A stretch of 42,997 nt of DNA from a virus, in the IMG/VR virus record IMGVR_UViG_3300029260_000512, positions 1 to 42,997 of that record; one strand, written 5' to 3'. The notes beneath the pieces are model-generated. The model saw only the letters and a list, made by a program, of their open reading frames with translations. It did not search any database and was not told the origin of the DNA. The position numbers and the translations under genes are program-made. Position 1 is the stretch's first letter. Every line of letters starts with the position of its first letter. Shown here piece after piece: positions 1-7,974 of this stretch.

Positions 1-141
1 AGAAAAAGCGCAAGAAAACCTGAAATAACCTTCATCACTCCAGGTAAAAGTTTGGTGGCATACAGCAGCACCACCAAGATTAGAAACAGCAGAAACACCA
101 CCATGACAGCCCCCTAGCGTTATTTGTTGGCAGGTATCCAA
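1..141. repeat. Terminal overlap copy A, identical to 42857..42997 (circular assembly closure)
   Basis: Base-by-base identity of 1..141 with the last 141 bases. The repeat cuts through the 5' end of the 42301..42960 ORF and its upstream region. Confidence 0.9.
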
Positions 142-147
142 TATCAA
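119..147 (-). promoter_or_regulatory. Candidate sigma70 promoter of the moron gene (TTGATA-17-AATAAC)
   Basis: On the minus strand, TTGATA (147..142), a 17-nt spacer and AATAAC (124..119) are followed by a GGGGG Shine-Dalgarno and the ATG at 104 (=42960). The -10 overlaps an ATAACGCT motif copy. Confidence 0.4.
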
Positions 148-181
148 ATTAACGCAGTTAATGGGGCTTGGGTAGAGACCA

Positions 182-924
182 TCACCGCCGCATCACCTCC
201 AACGCCCCCGCTTCAATATGCTGGATTTTGCGCAGCGTGCCGCGCATATCCTCCACGCCTAACATACGCAGGGTGCTTTCTAGCTGGGTGCGTTCGATGC
301 CCATAGGCACGGGCTTGCCCATGGGCGGGGTCAGGTAGCGCCACTGGCTGGCACAATCGCGGAATACATCAAACGCGGTGGCGTTACCCGGCCATATTAC
401 GATGCGTTCAGGCGTTTTATAACGCTCGGGGATGGTGATTCCCCAAGCGTCTACGTCGCTTTTCAGCTCGTTTTTCGTACCACCTTGAGCGCCCGCCCAA
501 GCGCGCCCAAGGTCGTTTAGTTTTTTGCGGTTTCTTCCTGCACCCCGCGTTGCACTTCGCCCCATGCGCGAATGAGCGCCATGTAAACAAAGGGGTCTTG
601 CCAAACGCTATCAATCAGCTCTGGGGTGGCGTTGGCGGTAATTTCATTACCGTTGGCATCAAGCGCGCCGCCGATGCTTAAAATATCTTCACGCACATGG
701 GCGTTACTGTTCTTTGCCGGGGGCACCGGCTTGCCCTCTTCACGCAGCTTTTTCTCTTTCGCCAGCCGGTCTTCAAACTCTTTGGTTTGCTTTTTATTAA
801 GTGCCTCTTGCTCATCCACAGAACGAACGCGAATTTCAGCGGTTAGCGTTTCTTCTTCGCGGCCCGGCTTGTGGATCGTGAGGGTTTTGGTCACTGAGGG
901 AACGCCGATTACATAAGCAGCCAT
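182..924 (-). CDS. Tail assembly chaperone G-T fusion product made by -1 programmed frameshift
   Basis: ORF 182..604 lies in the -1 frame relative to ORF 517..924 and overlaps its 3' end. A slippery heptamer sits just before the G stop codon. The pair lies between the major tail and tape measure genes, as lambda G/T does. Confidence 0.75.
517..924 (-). CDS. Tail assembly chaperone (lambda gpG-like)
   Basis: 135 aa and acidic, directly downstream of the major tail gene. RBS AGGAGA. Ends EETAKN* over the slippery site. Confidence 0.75.
   Translation of the reverse strand: MAAYVIGVPSVTKTLTIHKPGREEETLTAEIRVRSVDEQEALNKKQTKEFEDRLAKEKKLREEGKPVPPAKNSNAHVREDILSIGGALDANGNEITANATPELIDSVWQDPFVYMALIRAWGEVQRGVQEETAKN
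520..526 (-). promoter_or_regulatory. -1 ribosomal frameshift slippery heptamer A AAA AAC
   Basis: The minus strand reads GCA AAA AAC TAA in the G frame. A -1 slip gives AAA AAA CTA AAC = KKLN..., which matches the ORF 182..604 translation (RKKLNDLGRAW). Confidence 0.75.
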
Positions 925-962
925 GGGGTAATTCTCCTGGGGTTCAGTTTTGAAACGCTAGA

Positions 963-1006
963 AACGACGACGCCCGCATTTAGCGGGCGTGGCGTCGTTA
1001 TTTTTT
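963..1006. terminator. 15-bp GC-rich hairpin between the major tail and chaperone genes
   Basis: AACGACGACGCCCGC / GCGGGCGT(GG)CGTCGTT with loop ATTTA. A T6 run follows on the plus strand and only a short U run on the minus strand. Likely an attenuator or mRNA 3' stabiliser after the major tail gene. Confidence 0.5.
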
Positions 1007-1043
1007 ATCGTGAACTTGTCACGGCAATTTGAAGTGCGTGGGT

Positions 1044-2015
1044 TTACTTGAAGTACAGCACCAGCTCATCGTCACCGTCTAACGGCAAGAATCGGGCATC
1101 GCACTGGTAGTGGGTAATGCCGTCGCTGTCCTGCTCGCTCATACCGGCTAGCTGCACCTTAGGGGCGCGCATGCCAACGATGTTGCCGGGCACCGTGCCA
1201 TGCTCAAACGACACCGCGCCCGTGGTCACTACTTCGTGGGACTCTACCTTCTGGTAAACATCAAACTCGGCAATACGCGGTGCCTGAAACGCTACCTGCC
1301 CAGTGGGCTGGCTGTCGGTAATATGCACGCCCTCGTAGTTGGGCAAGTTGCGGTAGGTGACGGTGTTAGCCAGGTCAAAATTAAGATTTTGACCAATCGC
1401 CTCATAGCCAAGCACGGTAAAGGTGCTGGTGTTTTGGAAATTCACCGGCACTTCATCGGCTTGGTTTTCGGTCGTCAGCGTGATGGGCGCAACGGCGGTG
1501 GGCCGCTCATATAGCCCGGTCATGGTGAACGATAGCGTGGGCAACCCTGCCGACTGCCCTGCACCGGTGACCGTCCCGCGCACGCCTTTAATGCACTGCT
1601 GCTGGCCATCGTGCAGGTAGTAAATAGTGACGGAATCGCCTTCTTCACTGGTGCGGGTGTAGGTCACCTCGCCTGCGTCCAGGTCTTCCACTTCCTGCAT
1701 TTGGCAGGCGCGCAATAGCAGGCCAAGCGCCGGGGCGGTGGCAGACGTACCAATCACCGGGGCGGTACCGCTGCCGCTCCACGGCACGGTGAGCTGTAGC
1801 TGCGTGTTGGGGCCGGTGTTGATTTGTGCAAACCCGCCCAGCTCTGGGCGCATCCGGGTACGCTCTACCGTGTTGCCTTGGTAGGGCGTAGGGGTTAGCT
1901 CGGTTACCAGCATCAACACGCCCTCTGAGATTGGGGGCGCGACGCCGTAGGTGGTTTCTAGGCACACCACGGCGGCTTTCTTACGCGTCAGTAGCGGCGT
2001 TGACATCGCTATCAC
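1044..2015 (-). CDS. Major tail (tube) protein, assigned by position
   Basis: 323 aa. Sits upstream of the G/G-T pair and downstream of the Z/U-like genes, and is followed by a strong hairpin. The start may be the internal MSTPLL. Confidence 0.6.
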   Translation of the reverse strand: MIAMSTPLLTRKKAAVVCLETTYGVAPPISEGVLMLVTELTPTPYQGNTVERTRMRPELGGFAQINTGPNTQLQLTVPWSGSGTAPVIGTSATAPALGLLLRACQMQEVEDLDAGEVTYTRTSEEGDSVTIYYLHDGQQQCIKGVRGTVTGAGQSAGLPTLSFTMTGLYERPTAVAPITLTTENQADEVPVNFQNTSTFTVLGYEAIGQNLNFDLANTVTYRNLPNYEGVHITDSQPTGQVAFQAPRIAEFDVYQKVESHEVVTTGAVSFEHGTVPGNIVGMRAPKVQLAGMSEQDSDGITHYQCDARFLPLDGDDELVLYFK

Positions 2016-2211
2016 CTTTCACGGGGGCTTTGGTTTTCGCGCTGCCAGGGGAGACGGCAGGCGCGGCGGTGGGGGCTACGGCAGTGCGCTGGGCGTCTAC
2101 CGTGCTGGGGTGGACCTTGTGCGCGCCGTAGCGCTGCTGTTTGGCTGGCTCGCTGATTTGCTCCAGCTTGCCGTTTTGGCGGCGAAACTTGCCGCCTTGC
2201 TTTGTGGCCAT
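1981..2211 (-). CDS. Small basic, Ala/Pro-rich protein, unknown function
   Basis: The start MATKQGG is preceded by GGAGGAAAT. 76 aa. Overlaps the start of the major tail gene. Confidence 0.4.
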   Translation of the reverse strand: MATKQGGKFRRQNGKLEQISEPAKQQRYGAHKVHPSTVDAQRTAVAPTAAPAVSPGSAKTKAPVKGDSDVNAATDA

Positions 2212-2226
2212 ATTTCCTCCGGGCAT

Positions 2227-2248
2227 AAAAAACCCGCACGGTGGCGGG
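2227..2248 (-). terminator. Weak intrinsic terminator (CCCGC-CACCGT-GCGGG-T6)
   Basis: Read on the minus strand, directly after the U-like gene. Confidence 0.4.
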
Positions 2249-2261
2249 GCTTGGTGTGGGG

Positions 2262-2690
2262 TTAGATGGTGACGGTACGCTGCCGCCCTGAGGTGAGGGC
2301 GCTAGGCGTGGCGAGCTTCCAGTATTCCCGCCACCAGACGTAGCGCCCGCGTATCTCTACCATTTGCCCCGTGTGAAACGACATCACCCCGCTGCTGGCG
2401 GGGGGCTGCCAGCCAAACAGGGCGTTGCGCACCTCTTGGCGTTGGGCGCGGAACACATCGCCGCTTTCGCAAATGATGAACACGCCGTAAACCTGCGTTG
2501 CGGCTTGCCGCTGGCTTAGCTCGTTGACGCCTTCGCCCGCATCCTCCGCTAGGTAGGGGTAGGCGGCGGGGGTTTCTGCGCTGTAGTCGTCTACCGGCTC
2601 GCTGAACCACGCTTCGTCTACCGTGGCAAAACCAGGGCACAGCGCCCTAATGCGCTCTTCCAGCGCTGGGGTTATGTCGTAGTCCTGCAT
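2262..2690 (-). CDS. Tail terminator (lambda gpU position)
   Basis: 142 aa. The gene order capsid-FII-Z-U-major tail mirrors lambda. Confidence 0.5.
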   Translation of the reverse strand: MQDYDITPALEERIRALCPGFATVDEAWFSEPVDDYSAETPAAYPYLAEDAGEGVNELSQRQAATQVYGVFIICESGDVFRAQRQEVRNALFGWQPPASSGVMSFHTGQMVEIRGRYVWWREYWKLATPSALTSGRQRTVTI

Positions 2691-2697
2691 AGGTGCC

Positions 2698-3279
2698 TCA
2701 CTTTTTCTGTCCTAGCAGGTAATCCATACGCCCGCTGAACTGCCGGGGCAGATCCTCACGCACCATTTCTTGCGCGCTATTGATCACGCTTTCATTGGCC
2801 ACCATGCCGGGGATTGAGGGGCCGAACTGTATGCGCGGGTCACTGGCGTTATCCGCTTTATCGGCCCGGCGCAAAATGCGGCCCTTGGCGTACCAGCCGC
2901 CCTTGACCAGCTGCCGCCCGGTGTCTTTACGCACCATGACGCTGGCACCACGCCGCCGGGTTTTGTACTGGTTACCCCGGCGGCTGGCGGCCACCACCAC
3001 GCGGGCGCGGGTGGTGCGGGGCTTGAACTGATCCAACGGCAAGCGCCGCCCCACGTACAGCAGCGAGCGCGACGCATCCCTCCGCGCTCGGTCGATCTTG
3101 AGGCGCTTTTTAATCTCCCCCGCCGTGATGTAGTAGTCGTCGCGCACTTCGCGTGAAATGAACGTGGCAGCTTTAGCCTGGGTGCGGTCTAACGCTTGGC
3201 TAAACGCCTTTTCCACTAGCTTGGGGTCATAGCGATTCTTGAGCGCCTGTAGCTGGTTAATGTCGTATTCGTAGCGCAT
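2698..3279 (-). CDS. Minor tail / tail completion protein (lambda gpZ-like)
   Basis: 193 aa and basic. Size and position match gpZ. The Arg/Lys-rich central region resembles gpZ-family proteins. Confidence 0.5.
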   Translation of the reverse strand: MRYEYDINQLQALKNRYDPKLVEKAFSQALDRTQAKAATFISREVRDDYYITAGEIKKRLKIDRARRDASRSLLYVGRRLPLDQFKPRTTRARVVVAASRRGNQYKTRRRGASVMVRKDTGRQLVKGGWYAKGRILRRADKADNASDPRIQFGPSIPGMVANESVINSAQEMVREDLPRQFSGRMDYLLGQKK

Positions 3280-3584
3280 TACACCACCTCGATACGCACA
3301 AACGCGCCGTCGTCCTCCAACGGCCCGTTATAGCGCCAGCGTTTGCCCTCTACGGTGAACTCAGCGCGCCGATCTACATCGCCCACCATCGCCACCGGCA
3401 GCAGCAGGGTTTTCACCCTGCGGCCTATGCCGTTCTCGTCGATCACTTCAAACTCGTTATCGAACTGATAGGGAACGTCGAGCACGTCCGGCCCGGTGCC
3501 GGGGTGGTAGGTGCATAGGCCATCGCTGAGGTGCTTCACAACCGCCTCATTGAGACGGTTGGCGTACTGGTCAAAGAAGGCCAT
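3279..3584 (-). CDS. Head-tail joining protein (gpFII position)
   Basis: 101 aa. Lies immediately after the major capsid gene, and its stop overlaps the next gene's start by one base. Confidence 0.45.
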   Translation of the reverse strand: MAFFDQYANRLNEAVVKHLSDGLCTYHPGTGPDVLDVPYQFDNEFEVIDENGIGRRVKTLLLPVAMVGDVDRRAEFTVEGKRWRYNGPLEDDGAFVRIEVV

Positions 3585-3591
3585 AGGGCAC

Positions 3592-4596
3592 CTATGGGAC
3601 GGTAGCGCCAGAGACTAGCTTGATGCTGGCTTTCGGGCGGGTGTTGAGGTGCGCCGGGTTAGACTGCGCTTCCAGCTCTACGCCTTTGCCGTGCGGCAAG
3701 CGCTCGGATGAGCTGTAAAACGGAAGACCCAGCGTGTTGACCGTATCGCCATAGTCACCCGGTGCGAAGCGGCTCAAGAAAAGCTCTTCGCTACCCATGG
3801 GGAACGCGTAGGCTTCTTCATCAGCGATAAACTTTGTCGTCCCTACAGTGCCCCGGTAGCGCTCCCACATCAGACCGCCAAACGGGAACGCTTCGCGACC
3901 ATCGGCGCGCAAACGAGAGCCGTTTTCCCAGCGTTCATAAGCCGTTTTGACCGCCTTGTGAGTGATGAACTTGCGCCAGAAATTCTTCCCACATAGCACC
4001 GTCGCACCATCGAAGAACAAGTCCCCAAGCCCCCGCTCCATGGCTTCGAGAATATCCAGGCACTTGCCTTGCAGCTCAGTGGCGGCGGTGCCTAAATCCA
4101 TGGGCACCACGGTCTGAGTCATTCCAAAGGCTTGGAACAGGTCATACAGCACCGCGCCGTTGGCATCGATCACTTGCCCTTTCACAGCACCCACCCGATG
4201 GAACTCATGGGTCACGTCAATGCGGCGGGCCATCTTGGCCAAGCGGTTATTGATCACTACCTGCAGCTGTTCGGCGCTGTCTTGTGAGCCAAAGGCACGC
4301 ACGCCCTGCACTTCATCGGCCAGGATGGTAGCTCGCGTTGGCAGGTGCGCCGTCATAAAGGGCACGCCGGTACGCTTGGAGCCTGCCACGACTTGGCCAA
4401 CGCCGCCGCGCGGCTTGTTTTCCACCAGCGCCAGCTTATCGCCGTCTTTCTCGATGACGACTTGTGTAGTGGTAATGCCTTGGGCGTCAAATACGCCCAT
4501 CTCGCCAAGGCGGCGGGGGGCGTATTCCACTTCGTTAATGGATGCGGTTAGGGATTTAAGGCTAAACGCATCGCTTTCAAAAATACTTCCAGGCAT
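3592..4596 (-). CDS. Major capsid protein (lambda gpE-like family)
   Basis: 334 aa, following the decoration protein and protease as in lambda. The N-terminus (FxSDAFSL..LT..I) is typical of the gpE family. Confidence 0.75.
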   Translation of the reverse strand: MPGSIFESDAFSLKSLTASINEVEYAPRRLGEMGVFDAQGITTTQVVIEKDGDKLALVENKPRGGVGQVVAGSKRTGVPFMTAHLPTRATILADEVQGVRAFGSQDSAEQLQVVINNRLAKMARRIDVTHEFHRVGAVKGQVIDANGAVLYDLFQAFGMTQTVVPMDLGTAATELQGKCLDILEAMERGLGDLFFDGATVLCGKNFWRKFITHKAVKTAYERWENGSRLRADGREAFPFGGLMWERYRGTVGTTKFIADEEAYAFPMGSEELFLSRFAPGDYGDTVNTLGLPFYSSSERLPHGKGVELEAQSNPAHLNTRPKASIKLVSGATVP

Positions 4597-4647
4597 GGGG
4601 TGCCTCTCTCAATAAGGGGTGTACAGGTGGTTTAGCAGTGCGTGGCG

Positions 4648-5013
4648 TTAATCGCGGACGATCACGCCACGGCTTACCAGATCGTTAGTGCCAGCGGTAA
4701 TGGCGGCCTCGTCGGCACCCTCTGGCCAGCCCAGCAGCGCGCCGTGAACCTCGCAGGCGCGGACATGCACGGTAATCGGCTGCGGGGCTTCGGTGGCATC
4801 GGCTGCACCGTAAAGCACGGCTTTAGCTACCTCTGTACCATCGACGGCGGCAGGCGCTAGCGGCACGTAGTTGCCTGCGCCGTTGAGCGCCAGCACAGCA
4901 CCCGCTGGCAGGTTGCCACTGGCCAGGGTGCCCACTTCACGGGAACGGGCACCATTGGCTTCTGATAAAACGTGTTCACCCGTACGGGTGCCTTCGGTGT
5001 AGGTCGTTGGCAT
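4648..5013 (-). CDS. Head decoration protein (gpD-like)
   Basis: 121 aa and Gly/Ala-rich, located between the protease/scaffold and capsid genes. Confidence 0.6.
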   Translation of the reverse strand: MPTTYTEGTRTGEHVLSEANGARSREVGTLASGNLPAGAVLALNGAGNYVPLAPAAVDGTEVAKAVLYGAADATEAPQPITVHVRACEVHGALLGWPEGADEAAITAGTNDLVSRGVIVRD

Positions 5014-5050
5014 GGGAATGCTCCAAGGTTGGGGTTACACCATCACAGGC

Positions 5051-6235
5051 TTACGCCTTGGCTGGCTTGCGGTTAAAACGGGCGTAGGCGTTGGCATAGT
5101 TAACGTTCGCCTGTCTCGCTTGCCCGCCTTCGGGGGAGTGGCTGTTGTGAATGTGCTGGCCTTCGCCGTGGGCGGCGGCAACGTCGAACACGTAGCCGGT
5201 GGCCTGATCGGTATCCATGCCGTTGCTAATCAGCTTTTCCATGAGCTGGTTTTGCCCGGTGGTCTGGCAGGCTTTAATGATGCTGGTCACGCGGGTACGC
5301 TCGGTGGCCAGCACCTGCTCCGGCTGTGCCGCCTGCAGCCGCTGGATAGCCTGAACGGCGCTTTCTGGCGTTTGCTGAATATCAGCAGGGTCTAAGCTGA
5401 GCGCCTTGGCAATCACTGCTAGCGGCTGCCCTTCGGCGTTAGCCGTGGGGGCTTGCTGCCGTAGCGCGATAATCTGATCACCCAGATCAGCGGCTTGGGC
5501 TTCGGCTTCTTCGGGGGTCAGATCGAACGCCAGGGCGAGGGCATCGGCGGCGCTCATGGTGGTTTGCTGCCCGGCTAGCTGGGCGCGCAGGTTGATCAGC
5601 TCGCCATGCTCTTCTAGCTGCTTTTTGAACTTGGACATATCAGCACAGGCCACCGCCTCCAGCTGGGCATCTTTAGCGGTGGCAATGCCCCACGCCAGCG
5701 CTTCATCCGCGCCCATTACCGTGTCGCCCTGATCCAGCAAGCCGTTAATCTCTTCGGCGGTCTTGCCGGTCACCCCTACGAACACATCAACGATGGCATC
5801 ATCGAATTTCGTGAGGTTGGCGGCGGTTTCCTGCATTTCCTTGGCGTTGTAGAAACCCACCATCAGCGAGCTGGCCCGGTGGGTCATTACCGTGGTGCCC
5901 ACGCCCATGGTGCGGGTATCACCCGCCATCATGATCGTTACCGCGATACTGGCCGCCATGCCGGTTACTTTGGTGTGCACCTTGGCACGGTGATTTTTGA
6001 GGTAGTTGTAAATGCGAACGCCGCTGGCCACATCGCCACCAGGGCAATTCAGCTCTATATGGATCTCGTCTAGTTCGCCAAGCGCATCAATCGCGGCGAT
6101 CAACTCACGGGCGGGCTTTTCGCCGGTAAAATCGCTAATCCAATCCGGTGCCCAATCCGAGCCAATCGGGTTATCAATAGCGATATGTGCAATACGCGGG
6201 TTTTCCGCCATTGCTTGAGCTGTAAACCAAGGCAT
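5051..6235 (-). CDS. Prohead protease (ClpP/S49-like) with C-terminal scaffold region
   Basis: The N-terminal half has a ClpP-like fold signature (INCPGGDVASG, MAASIA). The C-terminal half is coiled-coil and Ala/Gln-rich. Follows the portal gene as lambda C/Nu3 does. Confidence 0.75.
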   Translation of the reverse strand: MPWFTAQAMAENPRIAHIAIDNPIGSDWAPDWISDFTGEKPARELIAAIDALGELDEIHIELNCPGGDVASGVRIYNYLKNHRAKVHTKVTGMAASIAVTIMMAGDTRTMGVGTTVMTHRASSLMVGFYNAKEMQETAANLTKFDDAIVDVFVGVTGKTAEEINGLLDQGDTVMGADEALAWGIATAKDAQLEAVACADMSKFKKQLEEHGELINLRAQLAGQQTTMSAADALALAFDLTPEEAEAQAADLGDQIIALRQQAPTANAEGQPLAVIAKALSLDPADIQQTPESAVQAIQRLQAAQPEQVLATERTRVTSIIKACQTTGQNQLMEKLISNGMDTDQATGYVFDVAAAHGEGQHIHNSHSPEGGQARQANVNYANAYARFNRKPAKA

Positions 6236-6237
6236 GG

Positions 6238-7734
6238 TTAGTCGTCCTCGTTGTCTTCGTCGGTGGTGGCCAGGGCTTCAAGGGCTTTTTGCAGCGCCCC
6301 GTTTTTGGCGGTGATACGCGGGTCTGAATCCAGCGCCAGCCCGTGTTGGTCGGCGCTTCGGTTGCCCTTGGCAATCTCGGCATCCAGCAAGTCGAGCGAC
6401 CAGCCGCGCTCCCCCGCTTTCTCGCTGCGCGGGGCAAAACCGGCGCGCACTTCCAGTAGGTCGGCGCTGACTTCTTTGAGCGGGTCTACCCATGCCCACT
6501 TAGGCGCGATCCAATCAATCGCTAACAGCTCCTTACGCCGTTGCCAGTAGCCGGGGATAAGTAGCGCCCCGCTGGTTACGGCCACATCTAGCCATTTGGC
6601 CGCCACGCGGCGGCACCACTGGTGAACCATTAGCGAGGCTTGCAGCATTTCAGCCCGGCGGCGGAACTCTAAAAGCCCGGCCCGTATTGAGCTGTAGTTG
6701 ACGCCTTTTAGGTCGCCGGTCATCTGCTCATAGGTCAGGCCCGCCCCCGCGCCCACCGCCAACAGCTCGGTACGCAGCCACTCGGTGTATTGCCCTTGAA
6801 TATCGGGCGGCGTTGAGAACGTGACCTCTTCGTCATCTTCCAGGTAGTGGACGCCGCCGGGGGTGAACTCTTCAAAGCGGTCAACTTCACCGGGCACTTT
6901 CACAAGCTCGCCAAACGATGGGCCCTCCTCTTCGGGATCTTGGTTTGTCTTACGTTTGACAAACGCGCCGAACAGCTGCGCCAGCTTTTGCCGGGCTAGC
7001 GTGGCGTCCTGCATTTCGTCAATTTCGTACAGCCGCACGATAACGCTGGTTAGCTCAGGCACCCCGCGCAGCTGGCCGGGCCGGGTGCGGCGGTACATGT
7101 GAATCACGTTATCGGCTGGCACCGGCACCCGTTCGTTATACGCGGCGGTCAACTGCTCGTTCGGGTGATAGCGCCATAGGTGGAAGGCGGTTCGTTGGCC
7201 GATGCCGTTAAACTCGATGCCCATTTTGATCATGCGACCGCTAAAGGCTTGCGAGTAGGCGGGGTCGAGGTGTTCGGACTCCACCACCTGCAGCTGCAGG
7301 GGCACGCTTAGGCCGTCGCTTGTGCGCCGGTAGCGAAAGCGCCCCAGTACCTCCCCGGCTTCAAACTGCGCGCCAGCGGCCAGCGCCTGCTGGCCGTAGA
7401 AGTTGTCTACGCCGTCCGCGTCGCTCTCTTCGACCCACTGATCCCAAAGCGCTTGGATGACCGGGTTGCCCCATTGGGGCTTAATGCCGGTGCCCACTAG
7501 GTTGGAGACGTATTTCTCTTTGGCACTGGCGGCGTAGGCGTTGTTTCTAATGGCGTAGTGGCTGCGCGCCTGCAGGATGGGCAGCGAGTTTTCAATAGGC
7601 CCGTTGGGGCCGGTAACCATCGTTCCTTTGCCTGCCATACGACGGCGGGTGCTGCCGCCCTCGTAGTAGGCGCGCACCGGCACTTGCCGCCCGTCCCTCA
7701 CGGTCATACGGATTCGGGGCTTATTGGCGATCAT
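6238..7734 (-). CDS. Portal protein (lambda gpB family)
   Basis: 498 aa, between gpW and the protease. Acidic C-terminus. Confidence 0.8.
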   Translation of the reverse strand: MIANKPRIRMTVRDGRQVPVRAYYEGGSTRRRMAGKGTMVTGPNGPIENSLPILQARSHYAIRNNAYAASAKEKYVSNLVGTGIKPQWGNPVIQALWDQWVEESDADGVDNFYGQQALAAGAQFEAGEVLGRFRYRRTSDGLSVPLQLQVVESEHLDPAYSQAFSGRMIKMGIEFNGIGQRTAFHLWRYHPNEQLTAAYNERVPVPADNVIHMYRRTRPGQLRGVPELTSVIVRLYEIDEMQDATLARQKLAQLFGAFVKRKTNQDPEEEGPSFGELVKVPGEVDRFEEFTPGGVHYLEDDEEVTFSTPPDIQGQYTEWLRTELLAVGAGAGLTYEQMTGDLKGVNYSSIRAGLLEFRRRAEMLQASLMVHQWCRRVAAKWLDVAVTSGALLIPGYWQRRKELLAIDWIAPKWAWVDPLKEVSADLLEVRAGFAPRSEKAGERGWSLDLLDAEIAKGNRSADQHGLALDSDPRITAKNGALQKALEALATTDEDNEDD

Positions 7735-7735
7735 G

Positions 7736-7963
7736 TCAAAGCCCCTTGTTGGTCATCACTAGGCGGGTACGGCTACGGCGGCGCTTGCTGAGCGCCTGCA
7801 GGCGTTCGGCTATTTGATTTTCCAGCGACTGCAGCGCGGGTAAGTCGGCTTGGGCAAACTGCACTTGCCGCCCATTCTGGTTAATGGATACGACGCGCTT
7901 ACCCGTTGCCAGGTCTACGATGGCTTGGCGAACCTCGGCCAGCTGTTCGGGAGTGTTGGCCAT
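7736..7963 (-). CDS. Head-tail joining protein gpW
   Basis: 75 aa. The stretch AIVDLATGKRVVSINQNGRQVQF resembles lambda W ([22 protein letters not shown]). Confidence 0.8.
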   Translation of the reverse strand: MANTPEQLAEVRQAIVDLATGKRVVSINQNGRQVQFAQADLPALQSLENQIAERLQALSKRRRSRTRLVMTNKGL

Positions 7964-7974
7964 GGGTGGGCCTC

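Noticed and set aside
626-916. Numerous long ORFs antisense to, or in alternative frames of, the structural genes. Examples are 626..916+, 1200..1514+, 4160..4615+, 5012..5395+, 8098..8520+, 14728..15351+, 34415..34870+, 38399..38875+ and 40589..40957+, and same-strand alternative-frame ORFs such as 2784..3077- and 9144..9440-.
   Set aside because: These are shadow ORFs typical of high-GC DNA. They lie opposite to, or in another frame of, genes with clear family signatures and operon logic, lack ribosome-binding sites, and have Arg/Ala/Pro-rich low-complexity translations.
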